Translations under genes and position numbers: made by a program | Notes under the pieces: model-generated | Database searches by the model: none | The model's input: only the letters and a program-made list of their open reading frames with translations | What the model was told of the DNA's origin: nothing | In this document: positions 51,363-60,450 of the stretch, in pieces | How positions within the stretch are numbered: position 1 is the stretch's first letter | Layout of the letters: each line of letters begins with the position of its first letter | Assembly (NCBI GenBank): GCA_963775425.1 | Contig: CAVZJB010000008.1 | Span: 192,001 to 256,000, forward strand | Source: an uncultured delta proteobacterium | Lineage (GTDB): Bacteria; Myxococcota; UBA727; VGSZ01 | Length of the DNA: 64,000 nucleotides | Direction: 5' to 3'

Positions 51363-51666
51363 AGAGTTGAACCGCCAAAAACAAATGGGTCGGCCAAGCA
51401 CTCGGCGCGAAGCGCCGCCCGCACGTCGTCGATGCGCGAAGCGGCGGGCGTGCCGGCACGCGCGCCGGGCCCGTCGCCGGTGCGCTGACACCGAGACGTC
51501 CGGACGCGGAATTTGGAGCGGTGTCGCTGTGGCGGCTTCGTGGCGATGTGCAGGGCTCTCGTGCGCACCGGCGACGGCACCCCGCGCGGGCGCTGCGACG
51601 CCGCGCGGCGGAGCTTGGCGATCTCTTGCAGGTTGATCACGGCCGCGGGGGCGCAGCACACTCTCT
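51361..51666. other. Intergenic fold-back element (MITE-like or structured RNA candidate)
   Basis: Perfect 15-bp inverted repeat 51471-51485 / 51563-51577 with outer GCCAAGC/GCTTGGC and AGAGAGT/ACTCTCT pairs. Confidence 0.4.
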
Positions 51667-51681
51667 GCGAACACCCACAGC

Positions 51682-52359
51682 TCAGAGGGCGGCGTGGGCG
51701 GTGCCGTGGACGTGGATGCGGACGTCGAGCGTGACGGCGGGCTGGCTCGCCGCGGTGAAGGGCGCGAGGCCGTCGAGGCTCTGCGAGACCTCGCAGGCGC
51801 CGTCGCCGGTGACGACGTCGCCGGCGTTGAAGGCGTCGTCGATGAGGCCCGTGAGGGCGCCCGACGTGTCCACGGTGACGTCGGGGTCGGCGAGGTCGCT
51901 GCCGTCGGCGGGCACGGCGCGGACCACCAGCACGTCCTTTTGCCCGAGGACGTCGACGTGGCTCTCCATGCTCTCGAGGCCCTCGCCGGGATCGATGGTG
52001 CCGCCGCCGTCGAGGTCGGTGAAGGACACGCGGCGCACGTCCATCTCCACGCTCGACAGGACCACGTCCTTGAGCTGCGCGCCCTGGTCGGCCACCTGCT
52101 TTTCGGCGTCGGCGCGCACGTCGCCCATGTCGATGATCTCGCCGTGCCACGACGACGCCATCACGCACGAGTCGCGCGCCACGTGGTGCTCGAAGGTGAA
52201 CCCGGCGACGGCGGTGGCGAGGCTCTCGTCGCAGCCCTCGCCGACAGGCCCGAGCGGCAGCGACACGTGCGCGGCGCGCGTGACCGAGAATGGAACCGGC
52301 AGCGCGCAGCCGGCCCCGGCGACGACGACGACGACGACGATTACGGCCAGCCGCACCAT
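51682..52359 (-). CDS. Hypothetical lipoprotein
   Basis: GGAGG RBS and MVRLAVIVVVVVVAGAG-C. Confidence 0.8.
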   Translation of the reverse strand: MVRLAVIVVVVVVAGAGCALPVPFSVTRAAHVSLPLGPVGEGCDESLATAVAGFTFEHHVARDSCVMASSWHGEIIDMGDVRADAEKQVADQGAQLKDVVLSSVEMDVRRVSFTDLDGGGTIDPGEGLESMESHVDVLGQKDVLVVRAVPADGSDLADPDVTVDTSGALTGLIDDAFNAGDVVTGDGACEVSQSLDGLAPFTAASQPAVTLDVRIHVHGTAHAAL

Positions 52360-52586
52360 GGTGACCTCCCCTCCCCCTCGCTCGTTCAAGAGCCGCGCCG
52401 GTGCCCGCGCGCGCCGCCGTCGGGCGCGCCGCCGTCGCGGGCTCCAGGCGGCACGCCAAGCGCCCGAGCGCGCGCGAGCCCGCCCAAGCACGCGCGTCCA
52501 TTGGCCCGGGCGTTGTCGCGGGTCGGTCAATCGTCGTACTGCGAAATTCCGACGCGGCGGTCGCCAATTTCCGCGACGAAGGTCCC

Positions 52587-53513
52587 ATGCTTGCGCTGGC
52601 GCTCGCCCTTGCCTCCTTCACCGTTCCCTTCGGAAAAGCGCCCGCGCAGGTGGGCCTCATCCGGGAGCCCGAGTCCTCGCCGGAGGCGCCCGGCAGCCTC
52701 GCCGTCGACGACGCCGGGCGCGCGTTCGTCCTCGACGCGGTCGATGAGCGCGTCGCGGTCTTTTCGCCCGACGGCAAGCTCGACGCGAGCATCCCGTTGC
52801 CCTCGGACACCATCGAGGACTTCGCGCTCCTGCCCTCGGGGGACATCGCCGTCCTCGATCGCCTCGTGGACCGCACCGTCTCCGTCATCGCGCCCAACGG
52901 CGCCGTGCTCGCCCGCGCCGCCGTCGAAGGCGCCGGCGTCGACGACGGCGGCGAGGTCACCGCCATCTTCGCCGACGCCGACGGCGTGTGGCTCGAGGTG
53001 CTCCACGGCGCGCAGGTGCGCGTGCTCGACGCGTCCCTGAAGGTCGACGAGCGACGCGTCGTGCGCCCCGGCGTCCCCATGGCCGTCGCGGGCGCGGCCG
53101 AGCAGACGGCGGCGGAGCAATACGTGCGGCTGCGCAAGGTCGGCGACGTCGCCCAGGTGCTGTTCTTCGACAAGGCAGGCGCCGTCGTCGCCGACGGCGC
53201 GGTCTCGTTCCAGAACCTGCTCGAGCTGTCGGGCCTCGTCGTCAAAGGCGATCGCATCTGGGTCGCGGGTCACGAGCTCGACGAGGCGATCGACGCCGCG
53301 GGCGCGCGCACCATCAAGAGCGATCGCGTCGTGGTCGTCGAGCTCCGGCGCAAGGGTGATCGCCTCCGTGAGATCGGGAGGCACGTGACCAAGGCGTCGC
53401 CGGAGTGGGTGCCGCTCAAACAGTTGGTCGCCGCGCCCGACGGGGTCGCGCACCTCTACGTGAATTCCATGGCCAAGCCCGGCCAGCCGGGGATGGAGGT
53501 GACGTCGTGGTGA
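52587..53513 (+). CDS. Secreted NHL-like beta-propeller protein
   Basis: Short signal, PGSLAVDDAGRAFVLDAVDERVAVF blade. Confidence 0.75.
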   Translation: MLALALALASFTVPFGKAPAQVGLIREPESSPEAPGSLAVDDAGRAFVLDAVDERVAVFSPDGKLDASIPLPSDTIEDFALLPSGDIAVLDRLVDRTVSVIAPNGAVLARAAVEGAGVDDGGEVTAIFADADGVWLEVLHGAQVRVLDASLKVDERRVVRPGVPMAVAGAAEQTAAEQYVRLRKVGDVAQVLFFDKAGAVVADGAVSFQNLLELSGLVVKGDRIWVAGHELDEAIDAAGARTIKSDRVVVVELRRKGDRLREIGRHVTKASPEWVPLKQLVAAPDGVAHLYVNSMAKPGQPGMEVTSW

Positions 53514-54997
53514 GCGCTCTGCTCCTCGTCGCTTCGCTCGCGGCCACGCCGCCGCCGATGACCCGCGACCAGGTCGTCGCGCGCGCCGCGCCCGGCGTCG
53601 GCTACTCGTACCATTGGGGCGGCGCCTGCTGGCAGCTCGACGGCGGCGGCGGCCACGGCTCCTGCTCCGGCAACTGCCCCAACTGCACGCACTCAGGCAG
53701 CTACGGCGCGGACTGCAGCGGCTACGTGTTCAAGGCGTGGCAGATCGACGGCGCGCAGTCCGTCAGCACGTGCGGCCACGGGCCGTACACCGCGAGCTCG
53801 TACCACACGAACCAGACGCACTGGACGCACATCACGCGGGCCAACGCCAAGAAGGCCGACGCCCTCGCATCCACGACGCACGTGGTGCTCGTCCTCGGCG
53901 GCGACCCGTGGGGCACGCCCACCATCGACGAGGCGCGCGGCTGCAGCTACGGCATCCAGCACAACGTGCGCTCGCTCGGCTCCGAGTTCAACGCGTCCCA
54001 GCGCGACAACCTCGACCTCACGCCGCCGGCTTGGAAGGCGACGTACGTGAACCAGTCCTTCCCGTACGCGAGCGCGCCCGCCATCCAGCTCAAAGAGGGC
54101 GAGACCGTCGACGGCTTCTTCGACCTCAGGAACGACGGCGCCAACGCCTGGAGCGCGGACACCAAGCTCGCGCCCACGCCGCGCGATCAGCCGTCGACGC
54201 TGCACGACGACTCGTGGCTGTCGGACACGCGCATCGTCTCGCCCGGCGCCGTCGCGCGAAACGCCGTCGGCCATTTCGCGGTCACGCTGCGCGGCGGCGC
54301 GCCCGGCGAGCACATCCAGAGCTTCGGCCTGGTGCAGGAGGGCGTGAGCTGGTTTTCGTCCTCGGGCGGGCCGCCGGACACCCAGCTCGCGGTGAAGGTC
54401 GACGTCATCGCGCGCGACCACGCCGGCACCCTCGTCGAAGACGGCTTCGCCAAGGACGAGGACGGCTTCGTGGTGGTGGAGCAGGGCTCCACGGCGCAGG
54501 GCTACGTCGACGTGCGAAACGACGGCCACGTGACCTGGGACTCGACGGTGCGCCTGGCGCCGACGCCGCGCGACCAGCCGTCGGACGTCGCCGCGGCCTC
54601 GTGGATGTCGCCGACGCGCGTGGCCACGGCCGACGCGGACACGCCGGAGGGCTCGGTGGCGCGCTTCACCTTCGAGGTGCAGGGCAACACGGTCGGCGAC
54701 TTCACGCAGACCTTCGGCCTGGTCCACGAAGCCGTGACGTGGTTCGCCGACGCCGGCTTCGGCCCCGCCGACGACTTCTTCACGCTCAAGGTGCGCGTGG
54801 TGCCGCACGGCACCTTCGGCGCCGCCGCCGCCGACGGCCTCTTCGGGGTCGGCCCCGACGGCAAGCCCCTCGCGGGCCAAGAGCCGCTGCCGCCGTCGGT
54901 GGTCCCGAGCTGCGCGCAGGCGTCGCCGCAGACCGTCGGCCTCGCCGCGGCGGCGCTCGCGCTGCTCGGCCTGCTCCGCCGCCGCCGTCGCGAGTGA
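53507..54997 (+). CDS. NlpC/P60-like cell-wall peptidase with two Ig-like repeats and MYXO-CTERM-like anchor
   Basis: YHWGG..DCSG..HV, two RNDG..W..LAPTPRDQPS..FGLV.E.V.WF repeats, C-terminal SC..hydrophobic..RRRRR. Confidence 0.85.
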   Translation: MVSALLLVASLAATPPPMTRDQVVARAAPGVGYSYHWGGACWQLDGGGGHGSCSGNCPNCTHSGSYGADCSGYVFKAWQIDGAQSVSTCGHGPYTASSYHTNQTHWTHITRANAKKADALASTTHVVLVLGGDPWGTPTIDEARGCSYGIQHNVRSLGSEFNASQRDNLDLTPPAWKATYVNQSFPYASAPAIQLKEGETVDGFFDLRNDGANAWSADTKLAPTPRDQPSTLHDDSWLSDTRIVSPGAVARNAVGHFAVTLRGGAPGEHIQSFGLVQEGVSWFSSSGGPPDTQLAVKVDVIARDHAGTLVEDGFAKDEDGFVVVEQGSTAQGYVDVRNDGHVTWDSTVRLAPTPRDQPSDVAAASWMSPTRVATADADTPEGSVARFTFEVQGNTVGDFTQTFGLVHEAVTWFADAGFGPADDFFTLKVRVVPHGTFGAAAADGLFGVGPDGKPLAGQEPLPPSVVPSCAQASPQTVGLAAAALALLGLLRRRRRE

Positions 54998-55112
54998 GCC
55001 GCGCCGGGAAGGTCGCGTTCAGCGTCGTCTCCGTGGTGCCGGCGGGGCGGCCCCTGTGTCGAGCGCAGCATCGAGGCAAGCGCCGCCGGTTCCCGGTAGG
55101 CTGCGGGCGAAC

Positions 55113-56366
55113 GTGCGCATCCCTCGTCTGAAAAGCACCGCCCTCACCGTCGCCGTGCTCACGGCGCTGCAGTTGTTGAACTTCATCGACCGCTACGCGC
55201 CGTCGGCGGTGAAGGACCTGTTCAAGGCGGACCTGGGCCTCACGGACGCGCAGACGGGCTTCGTCTTTTCGGCGTTCGTCCTCGTGTACCTCGTCGCGTG
55301 CCCGGTGTTCGGCACGTTCGCCGAGCGGGGCAACCGGCCGCGCTTGCTGGCGCTCGGGGTGCTGATCTGGTCGATCGCCACCGCCGCCGGCGCGCTCGCG
55401 CAGGACTTCGCGACGCTGCTGTGCGCGCGCGCCCTCGTCGGCGTCGGCGAGGCCGCGTTCATCACCATCAGCCCCACGCTCATCGCCGACCTGTTCCCGC
55501 CCGCGCGCCGGAACCGCATGCTGACCATCCTGAACGCCGCCACACCCATCGGCGTCGCCATCGGCTTTTCGTTGGCGGGGTGGTTCGGCCAGATGTGGGG
55601 CTGGCGCGCGGCCTTCGCCATCGTGGGCTTGCCGGGCCTCGCGCTCGCGCTCGTGGCGCTGTCGTTGCCGGATCCGCCGCGCGGCGCGTTCGAACCGCGC
55701 GCCGCCGGGGTGGACGTCGCGGCGGCGCCGGCGTGGCCGCGCGTGCTCCGGGAGCTCGTGCGCAACCCGCGCTACGTGTTCGCCACCGCGGGCTACGTCG
55801 CCATCACGTTCGCGCTCGGCGGCATCGGCGACTGGTTCCCGACGTTCCTGTCGCGCGAGCGCGGCTTCTCGATGGCGCAGGCCGGCAACGTCGCGGGCAT
55901 CTCCGTGGTCGTCGGGGGGTTCATCGGCACCGCGCTCGGCGGCCTGTTGTCGGACGCGCTGTCGAAGAAGCTGCGCGAGCCGTACTTCGTCGTGTGCGGC
56001 GCCTCGTGCATCCCGGGAGCGGCGCTGGCGGCGTACGCGATCTTCGCGGCGCGCGGGGCGCTCGAGATCGCCGTCGCGCTGTCGGCGGCGCAGGTGTTTC
56101 TCTGGATGTACAACGCCCCCGTCAACGCGCTCCTCGTGAACTCGCTCGACGGCGGCAAGCGCGCGCGCGCGTTCGGCCTCGCGCTTTTGTGTACGCACCT
56201 GTTCGGCGACGTCCTGAGCCCGCCGGTGATCGGCCGGGTCTCGAGCGCCACCGGCAGCGTCGCGCTGGGGATCGGCGTCGCGCTCGTCGGCGCCGTCGTC
56301 GCCGGCGTCGCGTGGCTCTTCGGCGCGCGGTTTGCGAGCGGGCGCGCGTCGCCGTCGATGCTCTAG
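55113..56366 (+). CDS. MFS transporter (Spinster-like)
   Basis: LNFIDR, RALVGVGEA and LIADLFP motifs, about 12 TM segments. Confidence 0.92.
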   Translation: MRIPRLKSTALTVAVLTALQLLNFIDRYAPSAVKDLFKADLGLTDAQTGFVFSAFVLVYLVACPVFGTFAERGNRPRLLALGVLIWSIATAAGALAQDFATLLCARALVGVGEAAFITISPTLIADLFPPARRNRMLTILNAATPIGVAIGFSLAGWFGQMWGWRAAFAIVGLPGLALALVALSLPDPPRGAFEPRAAGVDVAAAPAWPRVLRELVRNPRYVFATAGYVAITFALGGIGDWFPTFLSRERGFSMAQAGNVAGISVVVGGFIGTALGGLLSDALSKKLREPYFVVCGASCIPGAALAAYAIFAARGALEIAVALSAAQVFLWMYNAPVNALLVNSLDGGKRARAFGLALLCTHLFGDVLSPPVIGRVSSATGSVALGIGVALVGAVVAGVAWLFGARFASGRASPSML

Positions 56367-56532
56367 CGGTTCAGCGTGATGGGCGAGCGGGGCGCGGTCA
56401 CGTGTACGGCGAGCGCGTGCGGCTCAGGTGCGCGGTCGCGGCGAGGAGCCCACCGACGATGGGCGGATGGGCGAGCGGGGGATGGGCGAGGGGCCGATGC
56501 GTGGCCTCGCGGGCGCACCCGATACGACACAC

Positions 56533-57489
56533 ATGCCCATCGGGACTTCCACGGTTCGCCCTCGCGTCACCGCCCGCAGCGGGAGCGTCTCGACGGCGTC
56601 GGAGGTGGCGGGGGACAAGCCCCCGCGCCTCGACGACGCGCCGCTGCCGCCGCTCCCGCGCGTCACGCCCCCCCGGAGCAGGTCGACGAGCACGTCGACG
56701 AGCGCGGGGACGCGGGCGGCGCGCAGCGGGCTCGGATCGTTCGGGCGGGTGGTCCGCGCGGGCGTCGTCGGCGCGATGATCGGCCTCGCCGGCGTCGGCG
56801 CCGTCACCATGTCGCCGCTCGCGACGCGGTTGCCGCAGCCGTCCATCGTCGTCGTGCAGCCCCCGCCGGTGGTGACGCCCGCGCCGCCGCCCGTCGTCAC
56901 GCCGGCGCCGCCGCCCGTCGTGACGCCCGCGCCGCCGCCCGTCGTGACGCCTGCGCCGCCGCCCGTCGTGACGCCCGCGCCGCCGCCGGTGGTGACGCCC
57001 GCGCCGCCGCCGGTGGTGACGCCCGCGCCGCCGCCGGTCGTGAAGCCCGCGATCTTCGCCTTCGCGCCGCTCCCGGCGGGGAAGAACCTCGACGTCGCCG
57101 GCACGTTCACGACGACGATCCTGTTCGGCCCGACGCAGATCAGCTTCGCCGGCAGCGCGCGCGTGGTGAAGTCCGACGCCGACAACCTGGTCCTGCGCGT
57201 CGACGCGCACGGCAGCCAGGGCATCTTCGCCGGGCAGACCCGTTCGGTGCAGCTCTCCTTCACCAGGGTCGACGCCAAACACGTGAGGTTCTCCGCGGCG
57301 GACCTCACCTCGGGAGACCCGCCGACGACGTCGACGCTCACGGTGACGAGCTCCACGCCCTCCGGGACGCAGTTGCGCGCGTCCGACGGCGGCGTCGTGT
57401 CGCTCACCGACGCCGGCGGCACGCTCACCATCGGCTACGACCAGAACACCATTCGCGTCGCGCACCCGCTGCCGGCGCCCCGCGTCTAG
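56533..57489 (+). CDS. Pro-rich repeat protein with one hydrophobic segment and beta-rich C-terminal domain
   Basis: Ser/Thr/Arg-rich leader, TM-like segment, (VVTPAPPP)7. Confidence 0.75.
   Translation: MPIGTSTVRPRVTARSGSVSTASEVAGDKPPRLDDAPLPPLPRVTPPRSRSTSTSTSAGTRAARSGLGSFGRVVRAGVVGAMIGLAGVGAVTMSPLATRLPQPSIVVVQPPPVVTPAPPPVVTPAPPPVVTPAPPPVVTPAPPPVVTPAPPPVVTPAPPPVVTPAPPPVVKPAIFAFAPLPAGKNLDVAGTFTTTILFGPTQISFAGSARVVKSDADNLVLRVDAHGSQGIFAGQTRSVQLSFTRVDAKHVRFSAADLTSGDPPTTSTLTVTSSTPSGTQLRASDGGVVSLTDAGGTLTIGYDQNTIRVAHPLPAPRV
56869..57051 (+). repeat. 24-bp tandem repeat encoding (VVTPAPPP)x7 plus partial
   Basis: Read directly, with synonymous variation between units. Confidence 0.95.
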
Positions 57490-57498
57490 GAGACCACC

Positions 57499-58209
57499 GT
57501 GCCCAGGATCCACACGACGTCGCACGTCCGCCCCGTCCACCACCACGCGTCGCACGCGCTGTCCGCGACGTCGCAGAAGATCGCGGGCGCGTTGACGAAG
57601 GGGCTGCCCGACGTCGTCGACCACAAGCTCCTGTCCATGATGAAGGACCCCGTGGTGTCGGAGTCGTCGCTGCCGCCCGAGAACGCCCGCGCGCGCGGCA
57701 AGGTGACGCTCACGTACACCGTAGGGAGCGCCAAGGCGGCCAAGGAGATCGTCGAGGGCTTCGGGCCCATGGACGACGAGAACCTCCTCACCGACAACAT
57801 CGAGTGGCCCGAGGGCATGGACACGGTCGACGCCCACGCGCGCGGCAACAAGGTCGTCATCGCGTCGGAGTGGTCGGCGCCGCGCAGCAAGAAGCCGAAG
57901 GCGGTGGAGGCGGCGCTCGGCATGATGTCGAACTACATCATCGACTCGTCCAAGCGCGGCGTCTCCGTCATCACGCCGCAGATCAAGGTGTCGGGCGACG
58001 ACGCCCACGGCAAGATGACGCTCTCGTACGAGATCCGGAGCAGCAGCACCTTCGAGAAGCTCGACGCCGCCCACGTCCAGCGCCTCGCGGGCGGCCTCAA
58101 GATGGACAGGGCCACCCTCGAGTCCCACTACATCAAGCTGCCGGCCTTCGTGCAGAGCGCGACCGTGAAGGGCCATGGCAGCCACCTCGTCGTCGAGGCC
58201 ACCTGGTAG
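57499..58209 (+). CDS. Hypothetical protein
   Basis: AGGAGA RBS, GTG start, strong codon bias, no recognised motif. Confidence 0.8.
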   Translation: MPRIHTTSHVRPVHHHASHALSATSQKIAGALTKGLPDVVDHKLLSMMKDPVVSESSLPPENARARGKVTLTYTVGSAKAAKEIVEGFGPMDDENLLTDNIEWPEGMDTVDAHARGNKVVIASEWSAPRSKKPKAVEAALGMMSNYIIDSSKRGVSVITPQIKVSGDDAHGKMTLSYEIRSSSTFEKLDAAHVQRLAGGLKMDRATLESHYIKLPAFVQSATVKGHGSHLVVEATW

Positions 58210-58253
58210 CCGGCCGAGTCGTGCGCGCTCGGTGAAACCGCTACGCTCCGCCC

Positions 58254-58691
58254 ATGCGCGCCAAACACGCCATGTCGCGGGACGTCATCGTGGTTCCCCC
58301 GGAGATCGATCTCGCGGGGGCGTGGCGCCTCATGCAGCGGGAGTCCATCCGGCACCTCCCCATCGTGAGAAACGGCATGCTCGTCGGCATCCTCTCCGAT
58401 CGCGACCTGCTGTCGCGCGGACAGCCACGGCACGGCGGCCTCGTGTTCGACAAGTCGTTGGTCGTCACGGAGGTGATGTCGGCGGCGCCGCTCACGTGCC
58501 TGCCCGACGCGCGCATCGGCACCGTCGCGCGCGCGATGATCGAGCAGAAGATCGACGCCGTACCCGTCGTCGACAAGCACGACAAGCTCGTCGGCCTGGT
58601 GACGTCGTCGGATCTGCTCGCGCTCCTGCTCGACCGCACCGACGACACGCTGCCGTTTCAATACGCCGTCGTCACCGTCGACGAGACGTGA
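58254..58691 (+). CDS. CBS domain pair protein
   Basis: IRHLPIV..LVGILSDRDL and IDAVPVVD..LVGLVTSSDL. Confidence 0.92.
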   Translation: MRAKHAMSRDVIVVPPEIDLAGAWRLMQRESIRHLPIVRNGMLVGILSDRDLLSRGQPRHGGLVFDKSLVVTEVMSAAPLTCLPDARIGTVARAMIEQKIDAVPVVDKHDKLVGLVTSSDLLALLLDRTDDTLPFQYAVVTVDET

Positions 58692-58793
58692 CGCAGCGGC
58701 GTTACGACGCTCCCGGCGCTGCGACGTTTGTCGCTGACGACGACGTTGCGCCCCGCCGCGACTGTCTACGCCGCGCGCCTTCGGCGCCTCTTT

Positions 58794-58990
58794 TGCATCG
58801 GCACGTCACGGGTCGTCGCGAATGTGTGGTCGCCGGGCTGCATCGGCACGTAACGGGTCATCGCGAATGGGTCGTCGACGTGCCCGACGTCACGTAGGGC
58901 GCCCCCTCGTGGGGCGCGCCGGCCGGGTCTCTCGACGCGGGGGACAAGCCCCCGCCCTACGGGTCGTCGCGAATGTGTACGGCGCCGGGC
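58794..58990. repeat. Composite intergenic repeat: 31-bp direct repeats plus inverted GTAG REP pair
   Basis: TGCATCGGCACGT(C/A)ACGGGTC(G/A)TCGCGAATG at 58794 and 58839, a partial copy at 58959, and GTAGGGCG...CGCCCTAC at 58894..58960. Confidence 0.75.
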
Positions 58991-59029
58991 CGTCGACGGG
59001 CTGTTCGTGAGCGTGAGCGAACAAATACC

Positions 59030-59923
59030 TCAGCGAGCACCGAACGGCTCGTCGCGCTCGCGCACGGCCTGCTTGAAGCCGGCCTCGGCGGCGCGCTGCT
59101 GGAAGGCGTAGCCCTCGCGGGTGTGACGGGCGACGCCGTCGAGCATGACGCCGAGGATCTGCGTGGTGTGCAGCCCCTGCGCCATCAGCGTCTGGTTCAC
59201 GAGGAGCTTCATCATCACGAGCTGGTTGATGGGCATCCTCGCGATGCGCTCGACGAGGATCTCGAAGCGCTCGTCGAGCTTGTCCGCGGGCGCGGACTCC
59301 GTCGCCAGGCCCCACGCCGCGGCCTCCCTGCCCGAGAGACAATCGCCGGTGAAGAGCAGGCGCTTGGCCTTCTCGACGCCGATGCGAAACGCCCACACCG
59401 CCGTCGTCGGCACGCCCCACACCCGCGCCGGCGGGTAGCCGATCCTGGCGTCGTCGGCGATGACGAGGAGGTCCGAGCACAGCGCCATGTCGGTGCCGCC
59501 GGCGACGCAGAAGCCGTGGACCTTGCACACCACGGGCTTGTCGCTGTGAAACAGGCTCATGAAGCCCTTCACGTTCCGCGACATCATCGCGTAGTCGACC
59601 ATCGGATCCCACACGGCCTTCGGGTCGTGGTTGGCGGCCACGACGGCGGGATCGATGGGCGAGCCCGGCGGCGCCGACGACGCGAGCTCGCCTCCCGCCT
59701 CGAGCTTCTCGGCGCTCGCGACGAGGTCGTAGCCGCCGCAGAAGCCCTTGCCGTTGCCCGACAGCGCGATGACGTGCACCCCGGGATCGAGGTTGGCCCG
59801 CTCGACGCACGCGGCGAGCTCCACGGGCATGTCGAAGGTGATGCCGTTGCCGCGCTCGGGCCGGTTGAGCGTGATGCGGGCGACGCGGCCGGTGACGTCG
59901 TAGGTGAGCGTCGAGAGCGCCAT
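59030..59923 (-). CDS. Crotonase/enoyl-CoA hydratase family protein
   Basis: ITLNRPE, FCGGYDL, VHGFCVAGG and IGYPPARVWG motifs. Confidence 0.93.
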   Translation of the reverse strand: MALSTLTYDVTGRVARITLNRPERGNGITFDMPVELAACVERANLDPGVHVIALSGNGKGFCGGYDLVASAEKLEAGGELASSAPPGSPIDPAVVAANHDPKAVWDPMVDYAMMSRNVKGFMSLFHSDKPVVCKVHGFCVAGGTDMALCSDLLVIADDARIGYPPARVWGVPTTAVWAFRIGVEKAKRLLFTGDCLSGREAAAWGLATESAPADKLDERFEILVERIARMPINQLVMMKLLVNQTLMAQGLHTTQILGVMLDGVARHTREGYAFQQRAAEAGFKQAVRERDEPFGAR

Positions 59924-59927
59924 GGCG

Positions 59928-60356
59928 TCAGCCGCGCACGCGTTGGGCGAAGTACCAGTGGTGGCCGCCGACGTCGACGCACTCGTAGCCCCGGTCGGCC
60001 CAGTGGTCTTCGCCGTAGTCGACGTCCTTGGGCTCCGAGACGATCTGCGCTCCCGCGCTGCGGGCGCGCGCGCAGTGCGCCTCGATGTCGTCCACGTAGA
60101 CGAACAGCGTCTGTGTGTTCTTGCCGCCGAGGCTCCTCGGGCTCGCGCGCCAGTCGCGATCAACGCGGACGTCGCCGACCATGATGAGGCCGTCGCCGAA
60201 GAGAAGCTCCGCGTGCGCCACCTTGCCCCCCTCGCCGTCGACGAGGATGCGCACCTCGAAGCCGAACGCTTCGCACAGCCAGCGGATGGCCGCGCGCGCG
60301 TCGTCGTAGCTCACGGAGGAGGAGATGCGGGGCCAGCCCTTCGGTGTCGGTTTCAT
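59928..60356 (-). CDS. VOC/glyoxalase family protein
   Basis: AAIRWLCEAFGF, HAEL.FGDGLIM, VYVDD..RARSAGA and D..GHHW. Confidence 0.92.
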   Translation of the reverse strand: MKPTPKGWPRISSSVSYDDARAAIRWLCEAFGFEVRILVDGEGGKVAHAELLFGDGLIMVGDVRVDRDWRASPRSLGGKNTQTLFVYVDDIEAHCARARSAGAQIVSEPKDVDYGEDHWADRGYECVDVGGHHWYFAQRVRG

Positions 60357-60450
60357 GGCCCCGAGATCCTGCATCGCCGCCGCCGGCGCAAAGGGGATCG
60401 AGCCGACGACGACGGCACCTTCGGCGCCGGTTTGTGCTATCGCACGTCCG

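Noticed and set aside
51361-51666. SRP RNA, tmRNA, RNase P or tRNA
   Set aside because: No diagnostic conserved motifs recognised on either strand, so it is kept only as an unexplained fold-back element.
56458-56488. GATGGGCG repeated three times upstream of the Pro-rich gene
   Set aside because: Irregular spacing in G-rich DNA, not distinguishable from chance.
58794-58990. Possible mini CRISPR array (31-bp repeats)
   Set aside because: Only two full copies with a 14-bp gap, irregular spacing, and no cas genes in the window.
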